A DNA stretch of 63,145 nucleotides, filler included, from Octopus bimaculoides (GCF_001194135.2; 4 parts of 4 records of this genome joined end to end with filler, not necessarily neighbours in it); one strand, 5' to 3'; positions 1 through 12,544 are shown, counted from the first letter of the whole stretch. Numbers and translations: made by a program. Notes: generated by a model not told the origin, from the sequence alone.

Positions 1-2
1 TG

Positions 3-35
<33 letters not shown>

Positions 36-88
36 GTATATATGTATATATATATGTATATATATATATGTATATATATATATATAAT
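1..88. repeat. (TA)n/(TATG)n microsatellite
   Basis: Direct reading of the sequence. Confidence 0.95.
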
Positions 89-719
89 CACACACATAAA
101 AACATATTGGACACTAAATGATGATGATGATAATACACATATGAACAAACACATTTAAATGCATTCATATACATGTGTACATACAGACATGCACATGATC
201 TGCAAAATAAAGACGACTTTTTAGATCAGTCAATGATCTGTAGTATTTGCCAAAATTATTACACAGATACTTACTCTCCTTGACCTTACTGATATTGTCA
301 TACACATGTACATGGACTACATATTATTTCACCTTGCATGCATTCAAACAGCAACGTGCATGTGTGTGTGTGTGCGTGCATGCATGTGTGTATGTGCGTG
401 CATGCATGTATGTCCACACATGTATGTGCGTGTGATCATCATGAACATTGTCATTCTTGTTTTAATTTCTACATTCCCATACCTGCATGCCTCAAACAAA
501 ATTCACTTGGCAGATTTTCTATCATCAGATGATCTTCCTGTTTCTAATTTGTTGCTCAACTGTTTATGAACAAGGTAATATTCCCTCTAGTCCTTTAAAC
601 ATGAACAGCACAATGGCTGGACATATTTTCATGCAAGATTGCAAATGAGCAGTTCTTTTTGTGTGATGATGACATTTGTTTACAATTAACATGCAATGTC
701 AAGCTAAGGGCACACACAT

Positions 720-1055
720 GATGGGCTTCATACAGTTTCTACCTACCAAATCCACTAATAAGGATTGTGTTAACCTATGGCAACAGTAGAAAACATTTGC
801 CCAAGGTGCTGCACAGTGGGATTGAACCTAAATCCCAAATGGATGTAAAGTGAATTTCTTTGCCACACAGCCATGCCTACTATATGTGTGAGTGAGTGTG
901 TGTGTGTGTGTACATGTATATATGTATGTATACTATGTAAAGGGGTTGGCATTAGGAAGGGCATTTAGCCATAAAACTATGCCAAAGCAGACACTGGGTC
1001 ATATCACAGTCTCCTGATGCATTAGATCCTGTCAAACTGTCCAACCTATGCCAGC
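720..1055. mobile_element. Fragments of tRNA-head / RTE-tail SINE family (head on minus strand 720-880, tail on plus strand 935-1055)
   Basis: Same motifs (cccaaggt..gcagtgggactgaacc; ggttggcattaggaagggcat..cagc) recur at more than 10 places in the window. Confidence 0.6.
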
Positions 1056-1260
1056 ACAGGGAGATATTAATGATTATGATGAACTGAATATATGTGTATG
1101 CAAATATGTTTATATATATGTATGTTGTATATATGCACGTATACACGAATACATATCTATGTGTACATGTGCATATATGACTGTATATATGTATGTGTGT
1201 GTGTGTATGTGTGCATATGCATGTCTTTGTGTGTGTATATTTCCTTTTTGCCAGCTCACT

Positions 1261-3024
1261 ACGTTCGTCTGATAGTTGAAAGACCCTTTTTGTTATTTAT
1301 TAATGTGTAATTGTACAATTATTTTCCTTTTGCTGTATAGCTGAAAGGCATTTGTCCATTGCATATGTGTAATTCGTTTTCTGCTGCACTTGCATTATTA
1401 TTCCATAATGTTACGTTGTCCGATAGTTGAAAGACCCTTTCTGTTATTTATTTGTTTGTAATCGTATATGTACAAAAATTATTTTTCCCTTCTATTGTAT
1501 AGCCAAAAGGCGTTCTGCTGTACTTGTATAACTTTAAATTTCTCATTTTTGTTTCTGTTCCTGCTTTTGTTTTTGTATACATATGTTTGCCTTTCCCAGA
1601 GATTTATTGCCTTTAGCTTAAGTCCCTGGCACCCACCAGATTTGAGTAGTCTTGGAGATACGAGGGTGAAACTACAAGGACTTTCTGGACGCTGGCTGAT
1701 GAGGAAATCAGCTGCGAGTGATCCATGTCTCTTGCTTTTGTCATGTTTGCAGTTTGTTGTGCTAGTGTCTATTTTTCCATATGTCATGCTTTGTTGGTTT
1801 TTGTTTATTGTGTTTTTTCTCTCCTACCTTTGATTTCGGACAAACGGGGCGCCGCCTGGCCGACCGATTCGCGGAACACCTCCGAGACATCAACGTTGGC
1901 AATGACACCCCGGTGTCACGCCACTTCCGCTCTGCTGGCCACTCCTTGCAGCAACACCTGTCTGTGTTTGGATTGTCCATGCACAGGGGCCATCTGGACT
2001 CCTGTTTGCACTGTGAACAGGGATTGGTCTTCTCTCTCAGCTCCTTTGCGCCACATGGGCTCAACTCCCCTCCCCTCTTCATCTAACCCCCTCCTCCTGT
2101 CTCTCTCCCCCACNNNNNNNNNNNNNNNNNNNNNNNNNNNNNNNNNNNNNNNNNNNNNNNNNNNNNNNNNNNNNNNNNNNNNNNNNNNNNNNNNNNNNNN
2201 NNNNNNNNNNNNNNNNNNNNNNNNNNNNNNNNNNNNNNNNNNNNNNNNNNNNNNNNNNNNNNNNNNNNNNNNNNNNNNNNNNNNNNNNNNNNNNNNNNNN
2301 NNNNNNNNNNNNNNNNNNNNNNNNNNNNNNNNNNNNNNNNNNNNNNNNNNNNNNNNNNNNNNNNNNNNNNNNNNNNNNNNNNNNNNNNNNNNNNNNNNNN
2401 NNNNNNNNNNNNNNNNNNNNNNNNNNNNNNNNNNNNNNNNNNNNNNNNNNNNNNNNNNNNNNNNNNNNNNNNNNNNNNNNNNNNNNNNNNNNNNNNNNNN
2501 NNNNNNNNNNNNNNNNNNNNNNNNNNNNNNNNNNNNNNNNNNNNNNNNNNNNNNNNNNNNNNNNNNNNNNNNNNNNNNNNNNNNNNNNNNNNNNNNNNNN
2601 NNNNNNNNNNNNNNNNNNNNNNNNNNNNNNNNNNNNNNNNNNNNNNNNNNNNNNNNNNNNNNNNNNNNNNNNNNNNNNNNNNNNNNNNNNNNNNNNNNNN
2701 NNNNNNNNNNNNNNNNNNNNNNNNNNNNNNNNNNNNNNNNNNNNNNNNNNNNNNNNNNNNNNNNNNNNNNNNNNNNNNNNNNNNNNNNNNNNNNNNNNNN
2801 NNNNNNNNNNNNNNNNNNNNNNNNNNNNNNNNNNNNNNNNNNNNNNNNNNNNNNNNNNNNNNNNNNNNNNNNNNNNNNNNNNNNNNNNNNNNNNNNNNNN
2901 NNNNNNNNNNNNNNNNNNNNNNNNNNNNNNNNNNNNNNNNNNNNNNNNNNNNNNNNNNACTAATACATCCTTTTGTTATTTACACCACCTGTCCTCGTCT
3001 GTTGTTGTTTTTTCGTATATTCTC

Positions 3025-3030
<6 letters not shown>
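1261..3030 (+). mobile_element. Penelope-like retroelement remnant with GIY-YIG endonuclease C-terminus and terminal repeat; spans an N gap
   Basis: 1830-2086 translates to GQTGRRLADRFAEHLRDI...PVSRHF...H...EQGLVFSLSSFAPHGLN, typical of the PLE GIY-YIG domain. 2960-3030 matches the terminal sequence at 50540-50610. A roughly 150-bp imperfect direct repeat lies at 1261-1530. Confidence 0.75.
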
Positions 3031-3074
<44 letters not shown>

Positions 3075-3267
3075 ATATATGAATGTGTATGTATATGTGT
3101 GCATGTATATATATATATGTATGTATGTAGAATATTTAATAGAGAATTAAATAATATAGGCTTGTTCATCCATGCACTTTATACGTCACAAAATTACCAA
3201 ATTTTAAAAATATCTACTCAACAATTCTCAACTCATGGCAGTTAATGGGTTACACCAGGACACTTAC

Positions 3268-3795
3268 CATGACATCAGCAAGACATCATTAAAACACTCA
3301 CTATGATACCAATAAGATACAATGACATTGTTAAGATACTCACAATGACAGCATTAAGATACATGCTAAGACATCATTAAGATACATGCTAAGACATCAT
3401 TAAGATACATGTTAAGACATCATTAAGATACATGTTAAGACATCATTAAGATACATGTTAAGGCATCATTAAGATACATGCCATGACATTGTTAAGATAC
3501 TCACAATGACATTGTTAAGATACTCACAATGACATTGTTAAGATACTCACAATGACAACGTTAAAATACTCACAATGACATTGTTAAGATACACACTATG
3601 ACATCATTAAGATACATGCTATGACATTGTTAAGATACAAGCTATGACATCGTCAAGATACACGCTATGACAACCTTAAGATACATGCTATGACATCCTC
3701 AAGATACATGTTATGACATTGTTGAGATACATGTTATGACATTGTTAAGATACATGCCATGACATCGTTAAGATACTCACTATGATATCAGTAAG
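3268..3795. repeat. 23-bp minisatellite (about 20 units, consensus GACATYRTTAAGATACWYRCWAT) overlapping a GNS splice donor
   Basis: Units such as gacattgttaagatactcacaat and gacatcattaagatacatgctat are read directly. The distance 3573 to 3780 is 207 nt, exactly 9 x 23. Confidence 0.92.
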
Positions 3796-3879
3796 GTAGT
3801 CAATGCTGTAGTTACTGCCATGTTTTTCCAGTACACCATCTGTAGACATACTATAATTATAGTATTTAGAATTGCCAAC
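3781..3879 (-). CDS. GNS: GNS internal exon, 99 nt, phase 0/0: VGNSKYYNYSMSTDGVLEKHGSNYSIDYLTDII
   Basis: ttag acceptor and GTGAGT donor. Matches the GNS/Sulf segment NSKYYNYTL...KHG.NY..DYLTD. In frame with the upstream exons. Confidence 0.93.
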
Positions 3880-4184
3880 CTAATCAAAGGAAAAAGAAAG
3901 AGATGTTCAGTTTTCAGTAAATAATCACCACCATCTTTACTAAAATCAGCATCACAGTAACCTTGCATGAAACTGCTACAATCCCCACCTCCCAGTAGTT
4001 GACAAGTCCTTATTTTATCAACCTTGAAAGGATAAAAATTTTGTCAAATTTGAATCAGGGTATAACTGCAAAATACAAAGCATTTCTCTATTCATCCTCA
4101 ACTCTTTATATGATAACATACTTGTGAGTATACCTTGGCACTTCACCATCTCTCTCCGCCTCTCTCTTACACTTTTGCTGTTTC

Positions 4185-4223
<39 letters not shown>

Positions 4224-4589
4224 TCCCTCTGGCTGGGTAGCCATGTATTTCCTCTACAGAAGCACATCTATTTCTGCCCTCATTCTTAATCACTCTCTCT
4301 CTCTCTTCACTTGCTTTTCTTCTGACTAGGTAAGCAAGTATCTCCTTTACATCAGCACACCTGTTTTTGTCCTCTTTCTTTTATGTTTCTCCCTCTCTCT
4401 CTTCCTCTTCTCTCTCACTGGGTAACCATCTACCCCCTCTATAGTAAGATACCTATTTCTGCCTCTCTATTTCTCTGTCACACTCTAACCTTTCATCATC
4501 TGATACTGGAACACCTCCTCTATTGCCCCCCCCCATTATAGCAAGACACCTGTTTGTGTCTCTCTGTCACACTCTGACACAAGTTCCCC

Positions 4590-4912
4590 TCCGGAAATTC
4601 CTCTGTGCTGGTGCAACATAAAAAGCATCCAGTCCATACTGTAAAGTGGTTGGCATTTGGAAGGGCATCCAGCTGTAAAAAAACCATGCCAAAACTAATC
4701 TTGCCTGTGTTAGTGCCACGTAAAAAGCACTGAGTCCACTCTGCAGAGTGGTTGGTGTTAGGAAAGGCATCCAACCATAAAAATCCTGCCAAAGCAGACA
4801 CAATAGCCTGGGGTAGTTTTCTACCTTGCCAGCTCCTGTCAACCATCCTACCCATGCATGCATGAAAGATAGACATTAAATGGTCATGATGATGATGATG
4901 ATGATACAGTCT
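4590..4912 (+). mobile_element. RTE-type 3' tail SINE fragments ending in (GAT)n
   Basis: Two tandem tail motifs and the ...gacattaaatg..gatgatgat end shared with 28895-29080 and 27720-27820. Confidence 0.65.
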
Positions 4913-5135
4913 CAAATGAGAAAGTCACTATGAGAGGTACAGAGAAAATAGCAAAGTACCATGACCTAGGCATTGATTTACAGAAGCTATGAAAAGTGCA
5001 GCTAGTTATAGGTGTATTAGGAACAATCCCTAAAGATTTGAACATATGGACAGAGAAAATAGGCATAAGGCCTAGTTTAGTTATTAGGGACAGCTATAGG
5101 ATGGTTCTTAGCATCTAAAGGTTACTTGTAGCCTG
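4912..5135 (+). mobile_element. 3' fragment of an R4/Dong-like (RLE) non-LTR retrotransposon
   Basis: Translates to EKIAKYHDLGIDLQKL*KVQLVIGVLGTIPKDLNIWTEKIGI, matching the restriction-like endonuclease C-terminus. Confidence 0.65.
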
Positions 5136-5189
5136 ATGATAAGAATTTTTCTTTCTCAACAGTTTAATTTGTTGTGCGTAAATGAAATA

Positions 5190-5612
5190 ATAATAATGGC
5201 TTAAAATTTTAGTACATGGCCAGCAAGTTGATTACGTAGAATCCTGTACTCAACTGTTACTCATTTTATCAACCCCCAAAGGATGAAAGATAAAGTTGAC
5301 CTCAACAGAATTTGATCTTAGAGCACAAAGACAGAAGAAATGCTGCAAAGCATTTTGTCTAGCATGCTAATAACTCTGCTAGCTCACTGCCATAATAATA
5401 ATAATGGTTTCAAATTTTGGCACAAGGCCAACCAGTTCAGGGTAGGGATTAAGTCAATTACATTGACCATAATGCTCAACTGGTACTTATTTTATTGATC
5501 CTGAAAGGACGAAAAGCAAAGTCAACCTTATTGGAATTTGAACTGAGAATGTAAAGACATGAAATGCCGCTATGCATTTTGCCTGGCATGCTCACAATTG
5601 TGCCAGCTTGCT
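5190..5612 (+). mobile_element. Two tandem copies of a roughly 200-bp interspersed repeat associated with (AAT)n
   Basis: Motif tttcaaattttggcacaaggcc...gaaaggatgaaag..aaagtcgacct..ggaatttgaactcaga also at 21470, 33690, 35650, 46300 and 59060-59650. Confidence 0.75.
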
Positions 5613-5619
5613 CCAATGA

Positions 5620-7015
5620 TAGACTTAAAATATTGTTGGGAAGGCTGAACATGAAATAAATGGTCTGATCTCAACAGTGTGGATATCCAGTAATGATACT
5701 GGGATGGAAGTTGGGAATAAAAAGTGTGGTATGCTTATAATACAAAAAAGCAAAGTAGTGTCAACTGATGGTGCAGAACTACCCAACGGTGACAAAATTT
5801 GAGACTGATGGATATAAATATCTGGATATTTTGGAGTATGGCAAAACCAAGGAGAGTGAGATGAAGGAAAGCTTTAGGTGGGAATATCACAGAAGAACAA
5901 TATTAATTATGGGAATTAGATTCAATGGAAAGAACAAGATCAGGGCAATGAACACACAGGTTGTTTCCTTAATGTAGTATGGCACATTAGATGGACAAAG
6001 AACAAGCTTGAGGAAATGGATAGAAAAATCAGGAAAGTGATGACAATTAATAAAGAACTGTGCCCAAAAAGTGATATTGATAGACTGTATGTGCATAGGA
6101 AGAAGGGAGGAAGAGACCTCATAGGCCGTAAGATTTATGTTGCCAATGAGAATAATAGTCTGGGATGGTGTATCAGACAGCAGAGAGAATCCTTGCTTGC
6201 TACTGTTAGAAATAATAATACACCACCTACTGAAAATGTGATGTACCCAAAAACATTTAAGAAACAAGATGAAAAACAAAGAATAAACAATTGGAAAATG
6301 AAAACAATGCATGGGAAATACCTCAGAGAAATTGAAGGGAAAACAAGACCAACACCTGGAGATGACTAAGAAAAAGTGATCTGAAAGGATGCACTGAAGC
6401 ACTGATATGCAGTTCCCAAGAACAAGCTCTGAGAACTCATTACACCAAGTTCCAAATAGATAAGAACAGTGAACTTCCCCTTTGTAAGATGTGACAGCAA
6501 AAACAAAACAATCTCACATACTGTGAGTGAGTTCAGCAAGCTGGCCCAAAAGCACTACAACATGAGGCATGATAACATGGCTAAGTTTGTTCACCAGAGA
6601 CTGTGTGAAAAGCATGGTCTAGGTACAGCACAAAAACAGTACAAACATGAACCAGGGGGCATCACTGAGAACAATTAATATAAGATCCTGTGGGATTTCA
6701 CAATCCAACGTGATACCCTAATCAATGCTCAGAGACCAGATATTATTGAAGTAAATAAAAGAGAAAAGGAAACCAAGATCATAGAAATTGCCATACCTGT
6801 GGATGTATGTGTAGATAACAAAGAGCTGGAAAAGATGGGGAAATACAGACTACTAAAAGATGCAATAGCAAGAATGTGGGCAATGAAAAGAGTAACAGTA
6901 GTTGTAGGCGTACTAGGATCACTAACAATAAGGTTCAAGAAATATGTCAGAGAAATTGGAATTGACACAAGGGCAGAGCAGGCCCCCAAAGCTGCTCTAC
7001 TGGGAGACAGATAGA
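5620..7015 (+). mobile_element. Degenerate R4/Dong-clade non-LTR retrotransposon (end of RT, zinc knuckle, RLE)
   Basis: Frameshifted segments GYKYLDILE, DIDRLYVHRKKGGRDLIG, MHGKYLRE, ETISH.VSE.SKLAQK.Y..RHDN, KILWDFTIQ.D, RPDII, IAIP.D, E.EKMGKY and VVVGVLG. Confidence 0.85.
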
Positions 7016-7262
7016 AGTTTGAGATTGATGCTTGGGTGTCTTCTGCAATGAGTTAGCATTCAAGTACCAAAGTTTATAATATGTGAAAAGAGACCCTATG
7101 AGAACCTCTGGCAATAGGTTGCTGTCTGTTTTCACAGAATCAATCAGAGCAAGTAAGACCGAGAGCTCTGAGAAGTAAAATAGTAATGATAATAAACTAA
7201 CTGTGCTAATCATAGACATTATAACATACACTATCAATCTTAACTACTTGAGCCTCTATGTG

Positions 7263-7600
7263 GTAGGTAGCTCAGCATGTTAGAAATAAAAATCAGATCT
7301 CCCTCAAATCAAACCTTAGCATTTTAAATAAACTATACCTGGTAAAACAAAAACAAAAACAAAAAATAAAATTAGCATGACTAGAATACTTTTTGATCAT
7401 TGGTCTGCTTATACAAGTCAGTTACAACTGAAGAGGTTTATGATCAATGATATTCCAATCCTGATCATTCCATACTTTCCTTGGTTATTGTATATTTACT
7501 ACTACACTATGCAGTGTGCCCCTCTTTTCTGAAAATGTTAGGGTATAATTTGAAATGAAATTTGCCTGCTATTTCTACCAGTTCAAGTGGCCGTCATAGA
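7263..7600. mobile_element. MITE-like element with terminal inverted repeats (tagaaata..a.atctccctcaaatc / atttgaa..gaaatttg.ctgctatttcta)
   Basis: Ends are reverse-complementary. Related copies at 27880-28000, 42830-43030, 60650-60790 and 62200-62330. Confidence 0.55.
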
Positions 7601-7945
7601 AGCTCTCTTTAGTTTGTAAAGTATTAAAATATAATCCAGGATGAAGAAGGAATTAGTGCATATATTAGGGAGTGATTGTGAGTGATGGACAGTCTGAAGA
7701 AAGCACAGCTCAATGATGAATAAATAGATATAAAGGGCATTAAGAGTTTATAAAAGCTTGCCTGTTAAGTTTTTCCATTGGATTTATTGTGTATAAAGAT
7801 AATGATGGTGGAAAATAATTAAAACAATTTCACTAGATTATTGTGTCTATCATAAATAAAGACTTTCAAATAACACAGTACCAAAATGAAATCACGTTAG
7901 ATTTAAGGATTAACTAATCAAAAGTAATCTGTTAGCTTGTCTTAC

Positions 7946-8011
7946 CAAGCCATTCCATGAGGTCCATCCAGGAGGGACATGCTTCACACCACCAGCATGC
8001 TTTTTTCCATA
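7946..8011 (-). CDS. GNS: GNS internal exon, 66 nt, phase 0/0: YGKKHAGGVKHVPPGWTSWNGL
   Basis: ttgcag acceptor and GTAAGA donor. Matches GNS YG...AGG..HVP.GW..W..L. Joins ...GKYLNQ to VGNSKYY... in frame. Confidence 0.93.
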
Positions 8012-8231
8012 CTGCAATGGAGAAAGAGACCAAATTATATAACAATAACAGCAAAAATAAAACTATAAGTTGTAGAGATGATAAAATCTCTGTGAAAAAA
8101 AACACATAAAATCAGAAATCCATCTGTGTAAAGGTATTGCTATGGATACAGAATTTAATTTCATTGTAGATTCTTGTGACATAGATGCTGTAAACTTGTA
8201 TGATATAAATACACACAGTAAACTTTTATGT

Positions 8232-8594
8232 TGCTGCAGTAACAGGGTAAAAGAGTAGAGACCCCCTTCCGTTATGAATGACCATGGGATTGCACCTAGA
8301 AAGTTTCCCTCTGAGGCACCAGTCTGGGCAGGATTGTTTATGGAAGACCAGCAGTTGCCCATGCATACCATTCTCCTCTCTCCATGCCACCAATGTTATC
8401 CAAGGGAAAGGCAAAGGTTGATACAACTTGGCACCAGTAACATCGCAACTCATTTCTACAGCTAAGTGAACTGGAGCAACATGAAATAAAGTGTCTTACT
8501 TAAGAACACAACACACTACCCAGTTTGGGATTGAACTCACTATCTCATGGTTGTGAACCTGACACTTTAACCACTGAGTCATGCTGCAGTAACA
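8232..8594 (-). mobile_element. Full-length tRNA-derived SINE with 13-bp target-site duplication
   Basis: TSD tgctgcagtaaca at 8232-8244 and 8582-8594. Minus-strand head gcatgactcagtggttaaag...gagttcaatccc has A/B-box-like motifs. Confidence 0.8.
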
Positions 8595-8778
8595 ACCACT
8601 ACATTTTTATAATTTTTGATTGAATGCATTCAATATCAAACTTTTGGATTTTAAGGATCCAACATTACACTAATTACCATCAATACCACTTTTACCTAAA
8701 CTTAACCATTACAATAACAATATGGTTTTAGAATAACGAAACAAAAAAGAAAATCCTATTAAGTAAAATAACTCTCAC

Positions 8779-8982
8779 CTGATTCAAATATTTCCCTGCA
8801 AAAAATGTCTTGTAGCCATTTTGATTCAATTTCACCGGGAAGGCTTTTGGTTCAACATATTTCTGCCACAATGCACTACTGCAGTTACCAGACAAAGAAT
8901 TGTTCAAAACTCTGTGGTTGTGGGTATACTGACCAGTTAAAAAACTTGACCGACTTGGACAACAAAGAGGACTAGTGACAAA
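8779..8982 (-). CDS. GNS: GNS catalytic exon, 204 nt, phase 0/0: [68 protein letters not shown]
   Basis: Sulfatase CxPxR (formylglycine) motif and GYxTxxxGKYLN. The NNxLxGNCSS..WQK..EP spacing fits GNS better than Sulf1/2. ttgcag and GTGAGA splice sites. Confidence 0.96.
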
Positions 8983-9030
8983 CTGCAAAAAGTTAAAAGT
9001 GCAAGTGAATATCAGAATATTATCATTATA

Positions 9031-9425
9031 AATAGGTGTGAACAATTACAGTTAACATGTTTGTGTACACTCAAAAACATGGAAAGACCTTCACAGAGGA
9101 AATTGTCTCAAGAGATATTCTCCTTATAAACAATAAAAGCACACTACTAGGTTATGAATGATGTGAATGGACCATAGGACATGTGCTTCTGTGTTGCCAT
9201 GCTTATTAGCTATAGACTCACTTCATGTCTGTAGCTGATGAAGCATAATGCAGTGGAAATAGATGTCTTGCAGCCCAATGATGTCATTCATGACCCAGTG
9301 ATATATTTTTCATACACATTGTCAATAAGGAGAATTTTTCTCTTGAGATAATTTCCACAGTGAAGGCCTTTCCATGTTTTTGAGTGTACAAAAACATGTT
9401 AAATATAATTGTGTACACTTACATT
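9031..9425. mobile_element. MITE-like fold-back element, roughly 100-bp imperfect terminal inverted repeats
   Basis: aacatgtttgtgtacactcaaaaacatggaaagaccttcac...aaggaga pairs with its reverse complement at 9318-9425. Confidence 0.75.
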
Positions 9426-10144
9426 TCAATCAAAGCTGCTTCATGCACCTCCAGTTAATTATCATTATTACATTTTAACAGGTACATACATACAATAACT
9501 GTAGCAATTGTTTAATCCTGTATCAAAATAGTTGTTGTAGTTGTGACCATTTCATATTTTTCCAATGAACTACATCAGCTAATGTTTCTTACTGATAGAG
9601 GGAAATTTAGCTGTTAACAGACCAAACAGCTCTCCTAATCCAAATGTCTATGATTTTGGTAGAAAAAAGTAACTCACAGATAGCTAATAAAACACCAAAT
9701 ATTACAGTGCTGTACAGTGGTAAACCACACCATGATATATTCTGAAATGGTCAACTATGCATAGCTGCAAAGTGGCAATACTGAATAGAATTGGAAAAAT
9801 CATAGAATTTATGAGGGCTTTCTAAGCTGGGTTCAAGTCAGCATTGGAAACATCTTGGAGATGACAGAACTCTGACAAGTAGACCGTCTCCAACTTGTGT
9901 CTCCAGAGTAAGCCAGCTTGTTGGGTTATCTAGTACATGTCAGCCATTGCAGCTTCAAGTTTATTTCCACTTTCTGTTACCCCAGTTTCAGTTTGGTCAG
10001 CTACTACTTTAGTTCTAAGTTGCCTACATCAACATTAATAAGTTGAAGAATATTTTCCTGTTCACTACTCCCAATGCCTGCATCATGTGCTTCAGACTGG
10101 TTTTCCAGGATGCTAATGACATTACTTTTGTTTGTCTGTAATTC

Positions 10145-10560
10145 TGCAGGTATTAGATGGTTGTTATATATGATATGTCTGCATACGTGGCTAGTTTGTT
10201 TGTATCAATATAATCATGGGTGTTGTTCCCTATCATTTCTCTCCAGATATTGAAACACTTCTCAGTTTTATTATGTCCTGGTTGGTTCAGTGCTGTGTAT
10301 AATGCTGTCATGACTTGTTCACACTCCTCTCTCACCCACCTATTTTTTGCGGCTCTGTTGACTTTTATTTTATTTGAAGTTTGTCTTAAGGTGTCAGGGT
10401 TGATTTCTCAGTTCTGATTTTCCTCAAGATCATTTACAGAAGAGCTTGTTACAATTGTCAACTTTTCAACCTGAGGTTGGTTTCTCCTGAGGGACATATC
10501 CCTTGATGACCCTTGAGATGGATGGTGTGGTGTAATTTGCTTCTAGTATGTATTTTATAA
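10145..10560 (-). mobile_element. 5' fragment of an R4/Dong-like element
   Basis: REECEQVMTALYTALNQP...CFNIWRE...YIDTNKLA resembles the N-terminal region of this clade. It adjoins (ATT)n. Confidence 0.5.
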
Positions 10561-10655
10561 GAAGAATCCATTTTAACCTTTCAAGTAAGAAATGATTATC
10601 ATCACTACTCCAGATACATCCACCTCAACAAGCTTAGAGAAGTCTTCCTACTCTC

Positions 10656-10689
<34 letters not shown>

Positions 10690-11670
10690 ACCATCTTCAT
10701 CATTATTACTATAAAACCTTTCTTTTATAAGCTTATTGATAGTTTCACTTTTACTTAAAAATACTCACTGAACCAAGATCCTTGACTTCTTTTCACACTT
10801 TTTGTTTATCCTCTGATACCCAACACCAAACATTCATATGGACCTCCAACCCTTGAGGATCCCCACTTTTCTAAGTATATTAATGCTATTCATCCACTTT
10901 AAAGAGATGACACACTAACCTAAATGCTTACACTGTTTGTGGAAGTAAGTTGAGTGACTGGTTAAGATATTGGACTACTTCTAGCAGTATGGCAGTTCAA
11001 ATCAGCTTTACTCCACAATGCTTTAGTTCAACCAAGTATTGTATGGAAAAGGCACCATATATAGGAAACGATGTTAGCTATCTAGGGAGATCTTTCTAGT
11101 TTTTTAAAACACTTCATAATATAGAAGCAGGGCTAAGTATCAAATCTTAAAAGGAAGGCACTTGTAACATATATTATCATTGTTCCTCTGCATTTTCGGT
11201 TCAACTTCCACTAAGATCGAATTTAGCATTTATCACCATATGTGTTGATTATACACAATACAATAGTGTATTGAGAATTGATACAACTGATTCTATCCAA
11301 CTTCTCTGCAAGAATTGATCTTGTGCAAATTGATATATTCTGCTTCTTCATTCTTCTGATTAGTGAAGCCAACTATGGACTGTTAGCAATGTCCTTTCAA
11401 CATTCACACAACATAAAAAAAACTTGGATTCCTTGAGGATTTCTTGGATCAAACAGTAATTATAAACATGATCAGTAAAATCAACAGATGCTTATAAATG
11501 ATCTCTTTTAATAAATCTTTAAACATGTTTTCATACATGTAAACATGTAGATGTTTGCATACATACATAAACACATATAGGTGCACAATCTCCAACATGG
11601 TCAATGTGGACAAGAGAATATGAAGACACACAAATACAAACACAGGTGGCACAAAAAGATTTCAACTCAC

Positions 11671-11730
11671 CATGTTGTTGAATGTGATACCAGCATCACC
11701 TATTAATTTCTTTGTCTTCAACATTGGAGT
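11671..11730 (-). CDS. GNS: GNS exon, 60 nt, phase 0/0: TPMLKTKKLIGDAGITFNNM
   Basis: tttcatcag acceptor and GTGAGT donor. Matches GNS TP.KKT..LIG..G.TF. In frame with the [11 protein letters not shown] exon. Confidence 0.92.
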
Positions 11731-11814
11731 CTGATGAAAAAGAATAGAATTAACATGATTACAAATTTTGGAGGACAAATGTCAGTCAGAACACATACAG
11801 TGTTGCAGGACATC

Positions 11815-12295
11815 ATCATCATCATCGTTTAATGTCCGCTTTCCATGCTAGCATGGGTTGGACGGTTTGACTGAGGACTGGCAAGCCAGGAGGCTGCACC
11901 AGGCTCCAACCTCATCTGACAAGATTTCTACAGCTGGATGCCCTTCTTAAAATCAACCACTCCGAGAGTGTAGCGGATGCTTTTCATGTACCACTGGCAT
12001 GGGGGCCAGTCAGGTGGCACTAGCTTCAACCACATTCAAATGGTGCTTTTTACATGCCAGTCAGGTGGCACTGGCATTGGGCATGACAATGATTTCAATT
12101 GACTCAACAAGTCTTCTCAAGCACAGTATATTTATTGCCCAACGATTGATGGGTACTCTTAAATGGGCCAGTTATGCGACGCTGGCATAGGCCACGGCTA
12201 CGATCTCACTTGGTTTGCTAGGCCTTAGCACAGCGTATCTTCAAAGGTCTTGGTCACTTGTCATTGCCATTCTGAGGCCCAACATTCGAAAGTTG
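11815..12295 (-). mobile_element. 3' end of an RTE-clade LINE with (GAT)n tail
   Basis: Minus strand reads approximately RMLGL...MTSDQDL*RYAV before the shared RTE tail. Confidence 0.6.
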
Positions 12296-12508
12296 GATGT
12301 ATATATAAATTCTCAATCGCAGAATAATGCTAATAATATAGCCTGAGAATTTAAAATCACTTCTTTAACTTTCTAAGACATCTCAATGCTTCTAAAAGCA
12401 AACTTCGTTTGTTTATATACGTTTGTCGTAATTTGAATTTGTCGTAATTTNNNNNNNNNNATATATATATGTGTGTGTGTGTGTGCGTGTGTGTGTGTGC
12501 GTGCGTGC

Positions 12509-12544
<36 letters not shown>

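Noticed and set aside
247-1310. CV/YI-rich ORFs (and similar ORFs throughout the window)
   Set aside because: Translations of (GT)n, (AT)n and (GATA)n microsatellites, with no coding signal
1695-1730. CTGATGAG motif considered as a hammerhead (likewise 9235 and 41802)
   Set aside because: No correctly placed GAAA with supporting stems. Too degenerate to call
3268-3795. Regular 23-bp repeats considered as a CRISPR array
   Set aside because: No unique spacers, eukaryotic context and no cas genes
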